DNA of 64,000 nt. Source: Guillardia theta CCMP2712 (Eukaryota > Protista > Cryptophyta). Below are positions 1 through 12,806 of the stretch, in pieces. The stretch covers positions 1,133,474 through 1,197,473 of the forward strand of contig NW_005434667.1 in assembly GCF_000315625.1 (NCBI RefSeq), in the 5' to 3' direction. Position 1 is the stretch's first letter. Each line of letters starts with the position of its first letter. The notes beneath the pieces are model-generated. The model saw only the letters and a program-made list of their open reading frames with translations, had not been told where the DNA came from and did no database searches. A program made the translations under genes and the position numbers.

Positions 1-955
1 TACCCACCGATTCGTTCTCTCCGTTGAAGTTGATCGAGTTGCCCGTCAGAGTTCCGTTCTGAGTCCCTTGAGCGGCATCATCTGCATTCCCCGTGCTTGC
101 GATCGATCTTCGTTTCTTCGCTTCCTGTATGCTATACCAGATCGCTTTCCTCCACCGGGCGCGGGAGCTCGTCTTGCTGGGCAGGTAAGCGGGAGACTTG
201 TGAACAGGAGACTGATGGACGGAGGGAAAAAGGCTGGAGGGGGAGATGATGACTTCTACCCCCCACTCGATCCGAGCATGTCCGGGTGAGAGTCGCTTCT
301 GAGATCGAGAGAAGGAGGACTCCCAAGGCTTCATGCGAATACTCGGGCGATTCTTATCGAGCCGATGAGCGTAAGCCGAGGAAGGCTTAGTGTTGTCTTT
401 GTCAAGCTTTGACTTCTCTTCCCTGATCTGCTCGAGCTCCGAATGACCGAGATGCGTTGGCAGATGTTTGTTTCTCACTACGTTCACAGGAAACGAGGAC
501 GGTCGAGCGAGTGAGGTGGTACGGGGGATGAACAGGGAGACAGGACGAGGAGGAACGATGTCCGTGTCTTCGGAGCTAACAACTCCTGTAGACATCCTCG
601 TAGTTGGGCTGGCCTTGTTCTGGCTCATCTTGCTCTCGTCAAAGCACATGAGGACGCAATCCCGTCTGCTGACATGCCCACCCTCGTGCTGCTCCGGGCT
701 GAAGACCTCCTGCAACGTGATTGACGGACATGAGCTGGAGTAGCTTGTCAGCGAGAGCATGCCCTTGCGGCGCTTGTCTCGTTCTGATGACATGCTTGAT
801 CGTGTTGAGGTTCCTATCAGTTCATCCGACAACCACGAAGACTCCGACACCTCAACCTCAAACAGCGCTGGACCTGTCCATCCTGGTGAAAGCCATCAGA
901 GACAGCTGACGTATGATGGAATGTCGCTTCTAAAGTTCTCAATGCTGTTGAACAT
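1..955 (-). CDS. Hypothetical protein, 5' part; runs off the window edge
   Basis: One minus-strand frame is open from about 895 to position 1 (..SSRARWRKAIWYSIQEAKKRRS..). It is missing from the ORF track because it has no stop inside the window. A candidate ATG at 955 needs a short intron near 870-910. Confidence 0.55.
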
Positions 956-1435
956 CTAACTGAATCGATCCTCAGTGAAGACAACCAGCTTTCGACCCTT
1001 CACAACGATTTCATACTTTTCCCGCTGCACCGCAGCCCTTCACTCCTTCACTCCTTGTTGTCAACACGATGCTCGCTATCGACTTCATCATCGATCTAAT
1101 GTCTCTCTCATAATCTATCCTCTATCTACATTGTTTCTGCCTCCTCCTCTCCCCCTCCCGCTTTCTCCCCCATGAACTCCCTGCAGTACCTGTGCGAGCA
1201 TATCCTGGTTGTAAAGGTACTTTGATTTCAACTACATGCAATTGAAGTTTCATTTTTTGATTACATATTTGAAATATTTCAATCAGCGTTAGCACCTCTT
1301 CTTTGAGATATGTTACCCTCGAAACTTTCATTCATTTATTCAAATGAAAAGGTACATTTTCAAAAACTCTCCAGCAGCAAAGAGGTACCTGCCCGGGCCC
1401 GGCCAGGGGCGGTCAGGGACCCGGCATGGAAGTCC

Positions 1436-1463
1436 CTGATTTTTAGCTTAACTTTGAGTAAAG
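1436..1463 (+). repeat. Solo copy of the intergenic ~30-bp motif (CTGATTTTTAGCTTAACTTTGAGTAAAG)
   Basis: Near-identical to the copies at 32928, 33424 (reverse) and 49283. Confidence 0.85.
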
Positions 1464-1698
1464 TTTTGGAAAGGGTCTACCATCTTCTGCGGTTCCTTAC
1501 ACCCTAACACGCGCACCCATGTATTAAAGAGACTGCAGGTCAGAGGAGAGAGGAGCGGAGAGGAGGAAACAATGGAGGGTACACAAGAGGAGAAGAGAGG
1601 AGATCTGAAGGAAAGAAGAGAGCAGAGCGAGTAGTTTGTTTGCTTGTTGGTTGTTTTTTTAGAATTGGTTGGTTGGTTGGTTGGTTGGGTTTCTAGTG

Positions 1699-1764
1699 AT
1701 AAGGAAGAACAGTGGGACGAAGGAAGAAACGTAATAAGGAAGAACAGTGGGACGAAGGAAGAAA
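1699..1764 (+). repeat. 31-bp direct duplication with a 35-bp period, upstream of SUV3
   Basis: ATAAGGAAGAACAGTGGGACGAAGGAAGAAA occurs at 1699-1729 and 1734-1764. Confidence 0.85.
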
Positions 1765-1971
1765 GCGAAACATAGAGGAACGACAGTACGGACCATACAA
1801 GAGAAGCAGATAATTCTCGAAATAGCCCATATTCGCAAGAGAGAATAAAGTAATAATCGAGATCGCAGGTACAAGGATAGAGGCGATGCTATGAAACACC
1901 GAGAATTACAGTGAACCCCAGCTCGAAAGGCGAGGAAGAAGCACCGGGATAGATCACGAATCAAGTGCAAT

Positions 1972-4060
1972 ATGACGATCTTTAAGCTCGGAGCTCGAGG
2001 TCTGGCGATGGTGGGTCAATGGACGAGCAAAGGGGTTGTGCCTGCAAGGAGTTTCAGCTCCATGGCGAGTGAGCTGAGGGTGCTGACGGACTTGCGATCT
2101 CCTCACCTGTGGTATCCCCTTGCGAGGAAGATGAAGCGAAGGTATGAGACCGGGACAATCCGAGTCGTTGATGTCCTCCACTAGGTGGGTCCTGCACATA
2201 GGGCCAACTAATAGCGGGAAAACGTTCGAAGCTCTGCAGAGGCTGGCGGTAAGAGACTCTACGGGGAGAGCTGCGGGAGAGCAGTGAGTGACTTGTCGTG
2301 GCAGTCCGTAGAGTCGGGGAGATATTGCGGGCCCCTGAGGCTGCTGGCATGGGAGGTGTATGACAAGCTGAAAACAGGAGCAGTGAACGGGTCCATGCCC
2401 AGCCGGCCTTACCTGCAAGGCTGACGCTTCCTGCAGGAAGCCGGTGCGATGTAGCTTGATGACAGGGCAGGAGAAAGTGTTCGACCCCAAGGCAAACCAT
2501 ACCTCGTCGACTGTTGAGATGGCGGACCTTGACAAGGTGATCGACGTGGCGGTCATCGACGAAGTTCAGATGCTCGAGAGCAACGATCGAGGATGGGCGT
2601 GGACGCGAGCATTGCTGGGACTTCCTGCTGCTGAGATCCACCTGTGCGGCGAGCCACGGGCACAAGAGCTGATCACGAAGCTGTGTGACCTCTGTGAGGA
2701 TGAGCTGGAAGTGAAGGAGTACGAGAGACTGTCGTCGCTATCGGTCGCCAACCATTCTTTGGAGGGCAGCCTTCGCAACATTCAACGAGGGGATTGTATT
2801 GTAGCGTTTGGGAGGTCAAAGATTCATCAGCTGAAGCGCGACATTGAGGCGAAGACTCCATTCCGCTGCTGCGTCGTGTACGGCTCGCTGCCTCCTCTGA
2901 CTCGGCAGGAACAAGCGAAGCTGTTCAACGAGAGGGGTTCGTTTCCTAACGGTCAAAGCTTCGACGTGCTTGTGGCCTCGGATGCCATCGGGATGGGGCT
3001 GAATCTGGAGATCTCGCGGGTTGTTTTCAGCTCCCTGCGCAAGTTTGACGGGCAAGAGGAAAGGCTCTTGACAGCTTCAGAGATCCGGCAGATCGGAGGA
3101 CGAGCAGGAAGGTTCGGGACCAACACAGTGGAAGGGATTGTGACGAGCTTGCACAACAAAGACCTCCCGCTGCTGAAGCGAAGTTTCAAGACGGAGCTCC
3201 CTCAGATCGCGAAGGCTTGCCTCCGCCCGGAGATCGTCATGCTCGAGGATTTCGTTCACTCCATCCGGCACGTGTGGCCGCGGGAGGAGGGAGAAGACTC
3301 GCTATCGCTCGACACGGCCCTGCAGCTCTTCAAGGACTTTCACCAGACAGAAAGCAGCTTCTTTCTCGGGACGACCATCGACGAGTTGCGGGTGAGTAGG
3401 CAAGAGACGGAGGAGTTGGTTGACTTTGGCTGCAGGACCTCGCAAAGACGATTGAGTCTGTCAAGATGCCCCTCACGGATCGGTTCTCCTTCTGTTTGGC
3501 TCCGATCGATCTCAGCAAGGAGGATCGACGGAGAGCAGCATTCTACGAGATGGCGCGCATGTACTCTGAGAAGAGACTCGTGAGGATCTCGCAGGTCGCC
3601 ACGTTCAACAACAGGATCCCCGACACCATGTTCAAACTGCGAGAGGTTGACCTCCTCCTCCCTCCTCCCTCCTCCCTCCTCCCCCTCATTCCTCGTGGCA
3701 GGCGGAAGAGACGCACGTCATCCTCGAGTTGTACGCATGGCTAGCTAATCGCTTTGAAAACGCTTTCTGTGACTTAGAGATCGTTAAGCGACAGATCGCA
3801 AAGAACAGCATCCTCATCCAGGTACTCCTTGGACTCCCTCCCCCCCCCTTTCTCGTCTTCCTCCCCCTTCTCTCGTTTCCCCTCCTTGTCCTTCGACTCG
3901 TCAGTGATGGAGGCTTGTCATGCTGTCACCTCACCAGCTACTCCAGGAGGGTCTCAGGAGGCTGACGAGGGAGGCGAGGTCGCAACTTCGTCAGGGGAGG
4001 CCGAGGAGAGAACTAGAGGAGGAACCTGAGTTGCAGTCGGAAGAAACCGTTTCGACGTAG
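1972..4060 (+). CDS. SUV3: Mitochondrial ATP-dependent RNA helicase SUV3 (multi-exon)
   Basis: Spliced motifs: P-HLWYPLARKMKR, HIGPTNSGKT (motif I), GPLRLLAWEVY, IDEVQM..RGWAWTRALLG, VLVASDAIGMGLNL, QIGGRAGRFG. The N-terminus is rich in basic and hydroxylated residues, like a mitochondrial presequence. Confidence 0.93.
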
Positions 4061-4079
4061 CTTCCTCTACCTCCCCCTC

Positions 4080-4359
4080 CTTCCCGGATGATCTTGAGCT
4101 CCACATCGATTGAGCTACAGGAGTTAGGGAGGTCAACCGAAACGCTTGCTCACCTGTAGTCGACTGCATAGTGGCCACTGAGTGGTGGAGAGGAAACAGA
4201 ATTCAGTTGCCAGCGATACGCAAGGCAGAGCAAAAGTGCTCACCATGGCAAAGTGTAGACTGCATGCTTGTATATGTTTGACTGAAGAAGATCCTGTTTG
4301 TAATCAGCTTACTCCTCAGCATCTTCAATCCTCATTCTCTCCCAAGCGTTCTCCCCCTT

Positions 4360-4400
<41 letters not shown>

Positions 4401-4795
4401 CTCCCCTCCCCCTTTTCAATTACTTGTGCCATGACGCCCTCGTACTCTTGCGTCGGGTCCCAACAGTAGGAGTACCTTGTCTGCTTCAGAGTCCTCTTCC
4501 CCTCCTCCTCTCTGCACCTGTAGATCTTGACCCCTCGCGCCGACCTTCTCATGTAGCGGATGTTTTGTTTCGTGCGGACATCTGCATATTCCTTAGCATC
4601 TGTCACATCCAGAGTTTCTCCTCCCCCGCACACAAACTTTAACTCCCGAGCTCGCGCCTTACCTGACAGGAATAGCAGAGCTGTGGTTGCAGCAGTCGCA
4701 AGGCCCCACACTATGTGAATCTGGAGAAACAACATCAGCACGGAATACAGCCTTGGCTTCCATCTCATCCTTTGAATCGTCACTCGCGCTTCTTG

Positions 4796-4827
<32 letters not shown>

Positions 4828-7800
4828 CCCTCCCCCCTTCCCTCCCCCTCCCCCCAACCTCCTCCTTCTCCTCCTCCTCAACGTTGTTATCCACCCCCTT
4901 GTTCTCATGCACCCTCCTGGTGTTCCTCGTGGGTCATTGCTCTCTTCGCTCTCATCACCTTGGTCGCTTCCCTGCTTGCTTCCGCTTGCGCTCTTGCAAC
5001 TTCTGCTGCAGCCATCGCTTGCTCTGCCCGCAGCTTCTCGGTTGCATGTGCGAGTTGAAGCTCCTGAGGCATGCATGAGACAGCGCAGGGAAGCGAAAGA
5101 CGCGAACACCTGGAGACGAATCTGATTCTTCGCTTTTGTTAACACAACCACTGCAGATATTCCTTGAAAAATTCTCAGATCGACAAGAGGAGGAGGCAGA
5201 GGGTGGGGTGCGCTACCTGCTAAGACTAGGACGATCGTCCCCGTCTGCACGACAGGATGGGCAAAGAAGCCTTTCCTCTTAAACATCTTGAAGGTCTGAG
5301 TAATGCTGTTCGGCCCTGCATCCCCTGTCACCTTCAGCAAGTTCGGTGGCAAATCGTATGTTTTGAGAAGATGGAGATAAAGAGAATGGAAGGGTTTGCT
5401 GTACTGATAGCAAGTGGTAGAGGCTGAAGGTGGTGGTAATGATGATGATGATGATGGAAATCGAAGATGGGGAGAGCAAGTGCTGGGAGTTTTTTTGGTA
5501 TTCGCAATGTAAACGACGACGTTGAACTGTCTTTCACCGTTTGCAATGTCAGTCGGCGGAGTTGACTCGTTGATTGCATCTACGGTATCGTTCACCTACA
5601 CCCTCATCAGATCCCTTCTCTTCCCTGTCTTCCCATGTTTGCCAGACCGCGGCAAGAGCAAGCTGTAGGTCATCGAACGCACTGATATGCAAGTCAGGTA
5701 AAAATGCACAAGAATGAAAAGTATCTGCTCCTGTTGGTTATCTTCCTATTCTATTGTAATCAACCTCGCCCACCTCGTCCTTCTCCTTTCCATATCCTCA
5801 CTTCACTTACTTCCGATCTGACGTGAACTCAAGGATGTGACCGAGCAGCAGGGGGTATCGCATCAGCCGTTGAACAGGCATGATCAGGTATGCATCCAAC
5901 GCCTGCCAAGATCTCAGCTTGCCCCCTCCTATCTCCAGCTTCCAATTGCTCCTCGCTCCCTTCCTCAAAATAGTGTCCTCCCTCCCTTCCCTTCCCTTCC
6001 TCGCCCTCCTCACTTGAGAATCTGCTCCTAATCCGCTCTGGATGCAGTCACGGAATCTGAAAACAAGTCAAGAGATGCAAGGCAAACAAGCTCTCAACGT
6101 CTTGCTGTTCCTTGCAAGGTCCTGCGCCAGTATCAACACTTGAAGTACTCGGTCTCAAAGTCCTCCCCTCCTGACCTGCAGGTTGCTGTATCCTTCGAGA
6201 TACTTCGTCACATAATCCTGCTCACGATCGTCATCCTTCTCTGAAACCAATTAGATCGTCCAACTTCGTAATTTCTCAACAACGTCGAGGCAAACTTGCG
6301 CATGATTGCTCCAAGACAGCTCGGACCCTCCTTGGTGCAACCCTTCTCCAGCTGCGGAGACTGTGAGACTGGTTTGGACAAGTAGAAGGAGGAGGAGGAG
6401 TAGGAGTAGAAGCAGTAGTAGTAGGAGGAGTGGACTTTGTGGCGGTAATGGTAAATTAGGATAGGTAAGTCCACCTGCTCCAAGAAGAACTCGTTGTTCC
6501 TGAGGAGGATCGCAAGATCGAAAAGCATTCGCATCTGATCAGAATCCAAGTCTGGCTGGACGCCTTCTTTCAACTGGCAACAGGAGAGGATGAGAGAAGA
6601 TATGTGGACTTCTAGTCTCACTTGTTTCCTGAGCGGAACGACCACATGCTGGCAAGCTTGCTCAGAGAACATGCGTTCACATCTCCTTTCTCACCTCCAC
6701 CACTCTCGTCAAACGTAGGCAGTACTCCCTCTCAGAGTCGATGAGCTGCACATGCGCTAGTCAGCGTAACTTTGCTTTCGCCCTCCCGCCCGCTGATTCT
6801 CACCTCCGAGATCGCCATACGAAGCTGGACATGCGTCTTCGTAGTAACCTGTCAAACGTTGACTACCAGGCTCTCTTGTCTCGCTCGAGCGCACTGAGTG
6901 ATCGTCGTCCTTCTCGCTCACCGTCATGGTAGCAAGCCCCGACCAGACACCCTTGGACATGATGGTCGCCATGCTGTTGTCATCTCAGAGATGTCAGAGG
7001 CCCCCTGACGTCCAAACCTCATCCTTGGAGGTGAAAGCTGCAACGCGGAGCGCAAGACAGACCGCAGGGCTGCACAGTAGAGTGAGATGCACAGGTCAAA
7101 GCCTTCTCCTGCTTCAACCGGGGAAGCGAATCTTGTCATCCTGTACGACATCTGACTCCAGCTGAGCGATGACCTGCAATAGTTCTCAGCACAACCACGT
7201 TTGCGTCAGGAGTGCCATGACCTCCATCACGTCAGGTCTCGAGTCATCCACGAGGATGTCGGGCTGCCCGCTGACCTGCCACCTCCTCTGAGTTTGTCTT
7301 GGCAGGATCGAGCTGGGAAACCATCTCATAAAGTATCTTCCCGAACGCCCAGACATCTGAATCTTGCGAGGCCAGGACGATCTCGCTGTTTAGGATACTC
7401 TTCGCCTGATGTCGCTGCAGCATCACAACAACTAAGACCTCCTGGTCTTGCTCTCTTACCTGCTCTGGCGGACAGTAGGATGAAGTGACTTCGAACCTCA
7501 CTGCAAGCACAGCAGCAGATTCAGATATTTGTATGAGATCCCATGCAGAGTTTGAATCACCGCTGCCGTCCTCTGTGGTGCTCCCAAAGTCGCAAAGTTT
7601 CCACTGCCTTCAACGGTCTTGTCACACAAGGAGTCATCGCTCCTCCAGTCTCTCTTACCCACTGGAAGATCGGAGAAAGTTAGCAGGTTTCACATCATTG
7701 TGGATCAGCCCGAGAGAGTGTAGCTCCTGAAACAATGATGTAATTAGACATGTCAGGCTGAATACTCTGACACACGAGCGGCTCGTTCACCTGTAAAGAG

Positions 7801-8590
7801 GACCCAAGGGAGCTACCGACATCCAAGACCTCCAATCAGCTCGTTAGACCCTCTCTCTCTATCTCTCTACCAATCACCTCAACCCACGTAGGCTGGAAAT
7901 TCTTCTGCAAGAGCCAGCGATCCAACGACATCGTCGCATACTCCAGGATCAGGCTGCCATTTTTTTGACAACAGGTTGGATGAAAGTGATAGGATGGAGT
8001 TAGCTATCTTACCAGCCCAGCTTTGTGTCTTCATCTTGTCTTCCTGCCATGTGAGGATGGAGAAGTAAGCCGAGGATACAAGGATGAGGGAGGATACCAA
8101 GGAAGGGGAGGATTTCTTCATGGATCATGTAGTCGAGGAGCCGCACGAAATGATTGCACGAGACATCTTGGCCATGCACGTGTCAGGAGCGTTGGAATGG
8201 CGGCGATGGAAGGGTCTTCTTCATCTACCTTTCTTCTTCAACTCCAAGAGCACTGTTATGAGAATGAGTCGTATCACGAGCAAAGCAATGTTCAGCTGAC
8301 CTTGCCGTTCCCTTACTGCCGCGTTCTCTTCTGCGACCTTTAGCACCACGCTGCAGCCTCGTGAGTGCACATGAGGAAGTGAGATGAGTGGAGACCTGTC
8401 TCCTGCCTTGGACTCAGCCTGGTACACGTGGGCATGCGATCCTTCGTGGATTTTCTGAAAGAGCGCAAAGTCAAGAGGATTTTGACGGTGGGAGTCGAGT
8501 ATTCATGGCAACCTTGACGATCTTGTAGGCGCCAAGGAAGCCATCATGCAGGAACTCGCTGGTCTTCATCCTCTGGCCGACATGCAGCGC
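4080..8590 (-). CDS. Protein kinase + Dbl-homology (RhoGEF) domain + single TM helix protein (multi-exon; both ends approximate)
   Basis: Kinase motifs in order: YKIVK|KIHEGSHAHVYQA, VVLKV, HFVRLLDY, IHNDVKPANFL, WKLCDFG, YCPPE, SDVWAFGKILYEM. DH motifs: QLIDSEREY, LDAYLIMPVQRLMRYPLLL, VNDTVDAINES. A TM helix TGTIVLVLA|GISAVVVLT is followed by a coiled coil. Confidence 0.75.
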
Positions 8591-9112
8591 CTACAAACAA
8601 TCAACCTCAGCATTCGAAGGGTTTGCGCCACAAATTCGTCCAAAACACATTTTACGACATCAACAGAAGCTCGCTGCTCATGATCGTTGGTTCTATCACT
8701 ACCCCATTACATCTTATGATACCTGTCGCTCAGACTGACACTCGGAGCTACTCGTTTCTGCTTATCTCCCTCCATCCTCTCTCAGTTTCTGGTCATCCTT
8801 GAAATCGCTGGCACATTCCATACAACCGTCCTCCATCTTCCATCTTGAACCTGCTAGTCCAGCCGCTACCTCCTCTCCTCCCTCGCTCTAGTTTGCTTTC
8901 GCTCACTTTCCTTCCCTTCTGTGCTGTTTCTCCTCCTCGTCCTTCCCTCCCTCCCCACACCCACTTCCGCAGTCGCATCTTTGGTCGGCCATATTTGTGG
9001 TGAACCGCATCTCAGGCAGAGCCGAATTTTTTGTTGCCGTCGGGCAGCGGTCCATGCGGATCGATGCCGAGCTCGAAGGGGAACAGCGGACGACGATGAA
9101 GAGAAAGTGAGA

Positions 9113-9181
9113 GGAGCAGGAGCAGGAGCAGGAGCAGGATCAGGAGCAGGAGCGGGAGCGGGAGCGGGAGCGGGAGCAGGA
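9113..9181 (+). repeat. (GGAGCA/GGAGCG)n hexamer microsatellite in the divergent intergenic region
   Basis: Directly visible in the sequence. Confidence 0.9.
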
Positions 9182-9208
9182 GGATCCCTCACGGGGCTCA
9201 GGGAGCAG

Positions 9209-12200
9209 ATGGACGAGAACTTGATAATGAAAGAGTCTTGGTGCTGAGAGCGAAAAGGGGAGGGAGGGAGAGCGAGGGAGGGAGGGAGGGAGGGAGGCTG
9301 AAGCAAGAGAGGGGCTTGAAAGAATGCAAACATTAGTAGATGAATTCCTTGCAACCGCACAATCCTTCCCCGAACACAGCGCGATCGAGCTGGCCGATGG
9401 ATTCAGCATCTCCTATCAGCATGTGAGCTCGCGATCAGATGTACGTCACGTGTGATCACACCTGACAGGTGAAGATGCTGGTTCTTCATGCTGCATGGGT
9501 GTTGGCAAAGCATGGAGTGCAGCAGGAATATGCTATTGCGCTGACAGCCGACGAGGGTTTGACTATGGTGCTGAGCCAACTCGCAATCCTTGTGGCAGGA
9601 GGCTATTTCGTTCCTCTCGACACGAAGCTGCCTCATGAGTGAGAATAAAGAACAACAACAAGATGGTTCAATGCCCACTGATTTGATACAGACGACTGCA
9701 ATACATAATCCAAGATTGCAAGGCGAGACTGATTGTTTGTCATGATCAAAACATTGCCAAGGTTCTGCTTTCTTCAGATTGCTGTTTGTGCTGATACTTG
9801 AAACAGATCAACCAAGTCTTGGACGGATTGAAGGCTGGGGGTCAAACGAGTATGTCACCACCGACAGTCTTGTCGTGTAAAGAACTGTTTCCGGTGGACC
9901 TGGAGAGCTTAGTAGAGCTGTCGGGGTTCTTGTTGGGGATGTCAGCTGGTAGGCAACTAGCAACTTGTGATCTGCCAGTCACACAAGTAACTGCTCATCA
10001 TCTCTGTTGGGTCTACTACACATCTGGCTCGACGGGTCGGCCCAAGGGAGTCTTGTGCGAGCACCGCAATGCGCTAGCCTACGTCCGGAACCACCCTTTC
10101 TACTCTGAGATGTCGGAGAGCGCAAGGAAACGAGGAGAGGAAAAGCGCAAGAGAATTCTGTGCGCCAGCGCTTTCACCTTCGACCCTTCTTCCGGGGATA
10201 TCTTCGCTGCTCTGTGCCATGGCGACGTGCTCTGTCTTTCAAGCCGATCGAAGCTGATGGTAGACTTTGGTGAGACAATCCTGAGCTGTGGCGCGACCCA
10301 TGTGTGTAGCACTCCCATCCTATGGCGGACCATCCAGGAGCCGGTAGACAAGTATACAGAGCTAGAGGTCGTTGCTCTTGGGGGGGAGGCGATGCCACGG
10401 GAGCTGGTGGAGAAGTGGGCAGATCGTGTTTGTCTGTTGAATGTTTACGGGACGACGGAAGCGACTGTCTACCAGACGATGAGGAAGATGGAGGTCGGAG
10501 ACAACCCGAGGATGATCGGCAGACCTCTGACTGGAGTTCTGGTGAAGGTGATCGGTGAGGATGGAGAGGAGGCTAAGGAAGGGGAGACGGGCGAGTTGCA
10601 TGTGGGAGGAGAGCAGGTATCGCGCGGTTATCTTGGACTACCTGAGTTGACTGAGAGCAAATTCTACTCGCAAGAAACAAGATTCTACAGGACAGGAGAT
10701 CTGTTCCGTGTACTTGGAAGTGACATGGAGTTCATCGGTCGTCTTGATTCACAAGTGAAGCTGATGGGAATGCGGGTAGAACTGGGAGAGGTAGAAGAAT
10801 CGATCAAAGCAAGCGAGGTCGTGGTTGACACCGCTGTCTTGCTCGATGAGACCAAGACGTCTCTGTCTTGTGTATGCCAGCTGAAGGACGAACTGAAAGA
10901 TTTCAAAGACGACGATGTTGTCGAGAATGTGCTTCGTTCTCTTTGTAGTCGCATACTTCCCAAGGCTCTTTGTCCCAAGATTTACAAGTTCGTAGATCTT
11001 CTGCCGGTGTTGCCGACAGGAAAGCGCGACATTGTGACACTGAGGAAGCTTGTTAGCGAGGCCTCGCCTGTCCAGACGTCTGCGACTCATGGCTGGGTTC
11101 TGACAGAGATGGAGAGCAAAGTTGCGCATGTATGGAAGAGCGTCTTGGGGTTGAAAGAATCAGAAATATCTCCTCACGACGATTTCTTCCTTCTTGGAGG
11201 CGATTCTCTCGCAGCCCTGGCGGTCACTAAACGTCTCCTTCAATGGGAGCAGACAGGCTCTCTTGTAAGTTGCTTATTCATCCTGCCAGGTCTGAAGAAT
11301 ATCTCGGTGTAGGACGGAAACAAACCATTCCACTGGCCTGTTGACGGGGTCGTGCAAGGACCTTTATCTGTCAAATTCCTCCTCAAGCATTCGACTGTAC
11401 GTGACTATAGTTCACACCTACAGGCATTTCAATATTTCTATTCACTCTCTTTCTGCAAAGACTGACCTCGATCTAGTCGTCAAGCGTCGTACTACCGTCG
11501 TCGGAGGCCGAAGGGAACATGTTGAAGAGAAAGTTTGAAGCTGAAAGCATCGAGTCAATGTTTTCTTGAGCATGCATTGACGTACAACTGCTCACTGTCG
11601 TTGCAGGGACATGAGCCGAGGATATGAAAGTAGGGAAGAGAAGGAGGAGCTTTCAAGCTCAGCAAAGAAATCTATCAACTGCTTGTATAAAGTAAGGCAG
11701 ATCAACGTTACACAACCGATCTGACTGGTCGGTTGCAACAAGATTGCTCAGAAGGGCTGCTGGCTTCTAGCAGAAGTTCTGCTCCGAGACAAGCAAGTGA
11801 GACCGGATGGGTTCGTCACCAAGCATGTGAGTCGTTCAGAGCTTCGGATGGGATCTCACATTATCCCCCCGTCATCTCAGCATCCCGGGAATTCGCCGTT
11901 GCATCTTGCGGCAGCTTCTGGACACCTCGAGGTCCCTGAGAGCTCTCGCTCCCCTCGATGTGAAGGCGTTTGTAGGTTGTGAAGGCGCTGATCGAGGCAA
12001 ACGCTTCTCTCAACATTGTGAACCCGGTTGGCTTCTTGCTTGCCGACGTCTAGATTTCATGGTTGACCTCACCAGGAACACGTGACCCCATTACACCTTG
12101 CTGCTGCCAACTGCGTCAAGACGCTCAAGGTGGTTCGTTCCTCTTTTGTTGACGCATCATGACGTATCGTCTCAGTACCTGCTGGACTTGGGCGCTCCCG

Positions 12201-12639
12201 TAAGGTGCAAGGACGCAAACAAGCAGGTGGATCATGATGCTGTTGCCGTGTGAAGCGAGCTAAGTTGAACTCGTTGCAGACTGTGCTGCACTATGCTGCA
12301 AGGAGCGGCAACCTAGAGACTATCTCAGAGCTGCTGGCAAGAGGCTCCAAGGATCTTGATGCGTCCGATAAATGGAATCGACAGCCGCTACACTGGGCGA
12401 TCCTCAACGAGCATGCAGATGCCGTGGAGCTCCTGCTGAGAAATGGTGCGAAGCGAGAACCTCCGCTCATCCCGGATCGCGTGCACAGGTCGTAGTGATG
12501 ATTGTGAAGTGTCGAACTGACTCCAGCTGGTGCACTCAGGAGGAGGACAAGCTTGAAGGCAGAAGGACCTGTCGAACTCTCGCGACGACTCTTCCCCCCC
12601 GATCACAGAATCAACCTTCTTCTTGAGAGCTTCAAGTAA
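9209..12639 (+). CDS. NRPS-like protein: adenylation domain - thiolation (PCP) domain - ankyrin repeats (multi-exon; start approximate)
   Basis: A-domain cores: ILVAGGYFVPLD (A2), VYYTSGSTGRPKGV (A3), FTFDPS (A4), NVYGTTE (A5), GELHVGGEQVSRGYL (A6), YRTGD (A7), GRLDSQVKLMGMRVELGEVE (A8), PTGKRD (A10). PCP motif: DDFFLLGGDSL. Ankyrin repeats: SPLHLAAASGHLEV, TPLHLAAA, TVLHYAARSGN, QPLHWAILNEH. Stop TAA at 12637-12639 is followed by AATAAA. Confidence 0.9.
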
Positions 12640-12806
12640 CCTCAATAAAGTTTCTATTCTGCGCATCACTATGCAGCTAGCATGAGTTGAGTCAGTTAGT
12701 TCAGTAGGATAGAGAGGCGCTCGGGCAGACTTCCAAACCCTAGACTAGGTAGTGTATGTCTGGGTGAAAGGAATTTTTGACTTTTTTTTCCCCTCCCCGA
12801 CGGATC

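Noticed and set aside
893-900. In-frame TGA near the start of the first gene as selenocysteine or readthrough
   Set aside because: It falls within a plausible short GT..AG intron, and no SECIS evidence is visible.
1699-1764. CRISPR-like direct repeats
   Set aside because: Only two copies with a 4-bp spacer, in a eukaryotic locus with no cas genes.
11424-11460. GC-AG intron in the NRPS-like gene
   Set aside because: A canonical GT donor in the same phase exists at 11397, so a GC donor is not required.
9209-12639. Secondary-metabolite gene cluster around the NRPS-like gene
   Set aside because: The neighbours are a kinase-GEF and coiled-coil/PDZ hypotheticals. No tailoring enzyme, PPTase or transporter is adjacent.
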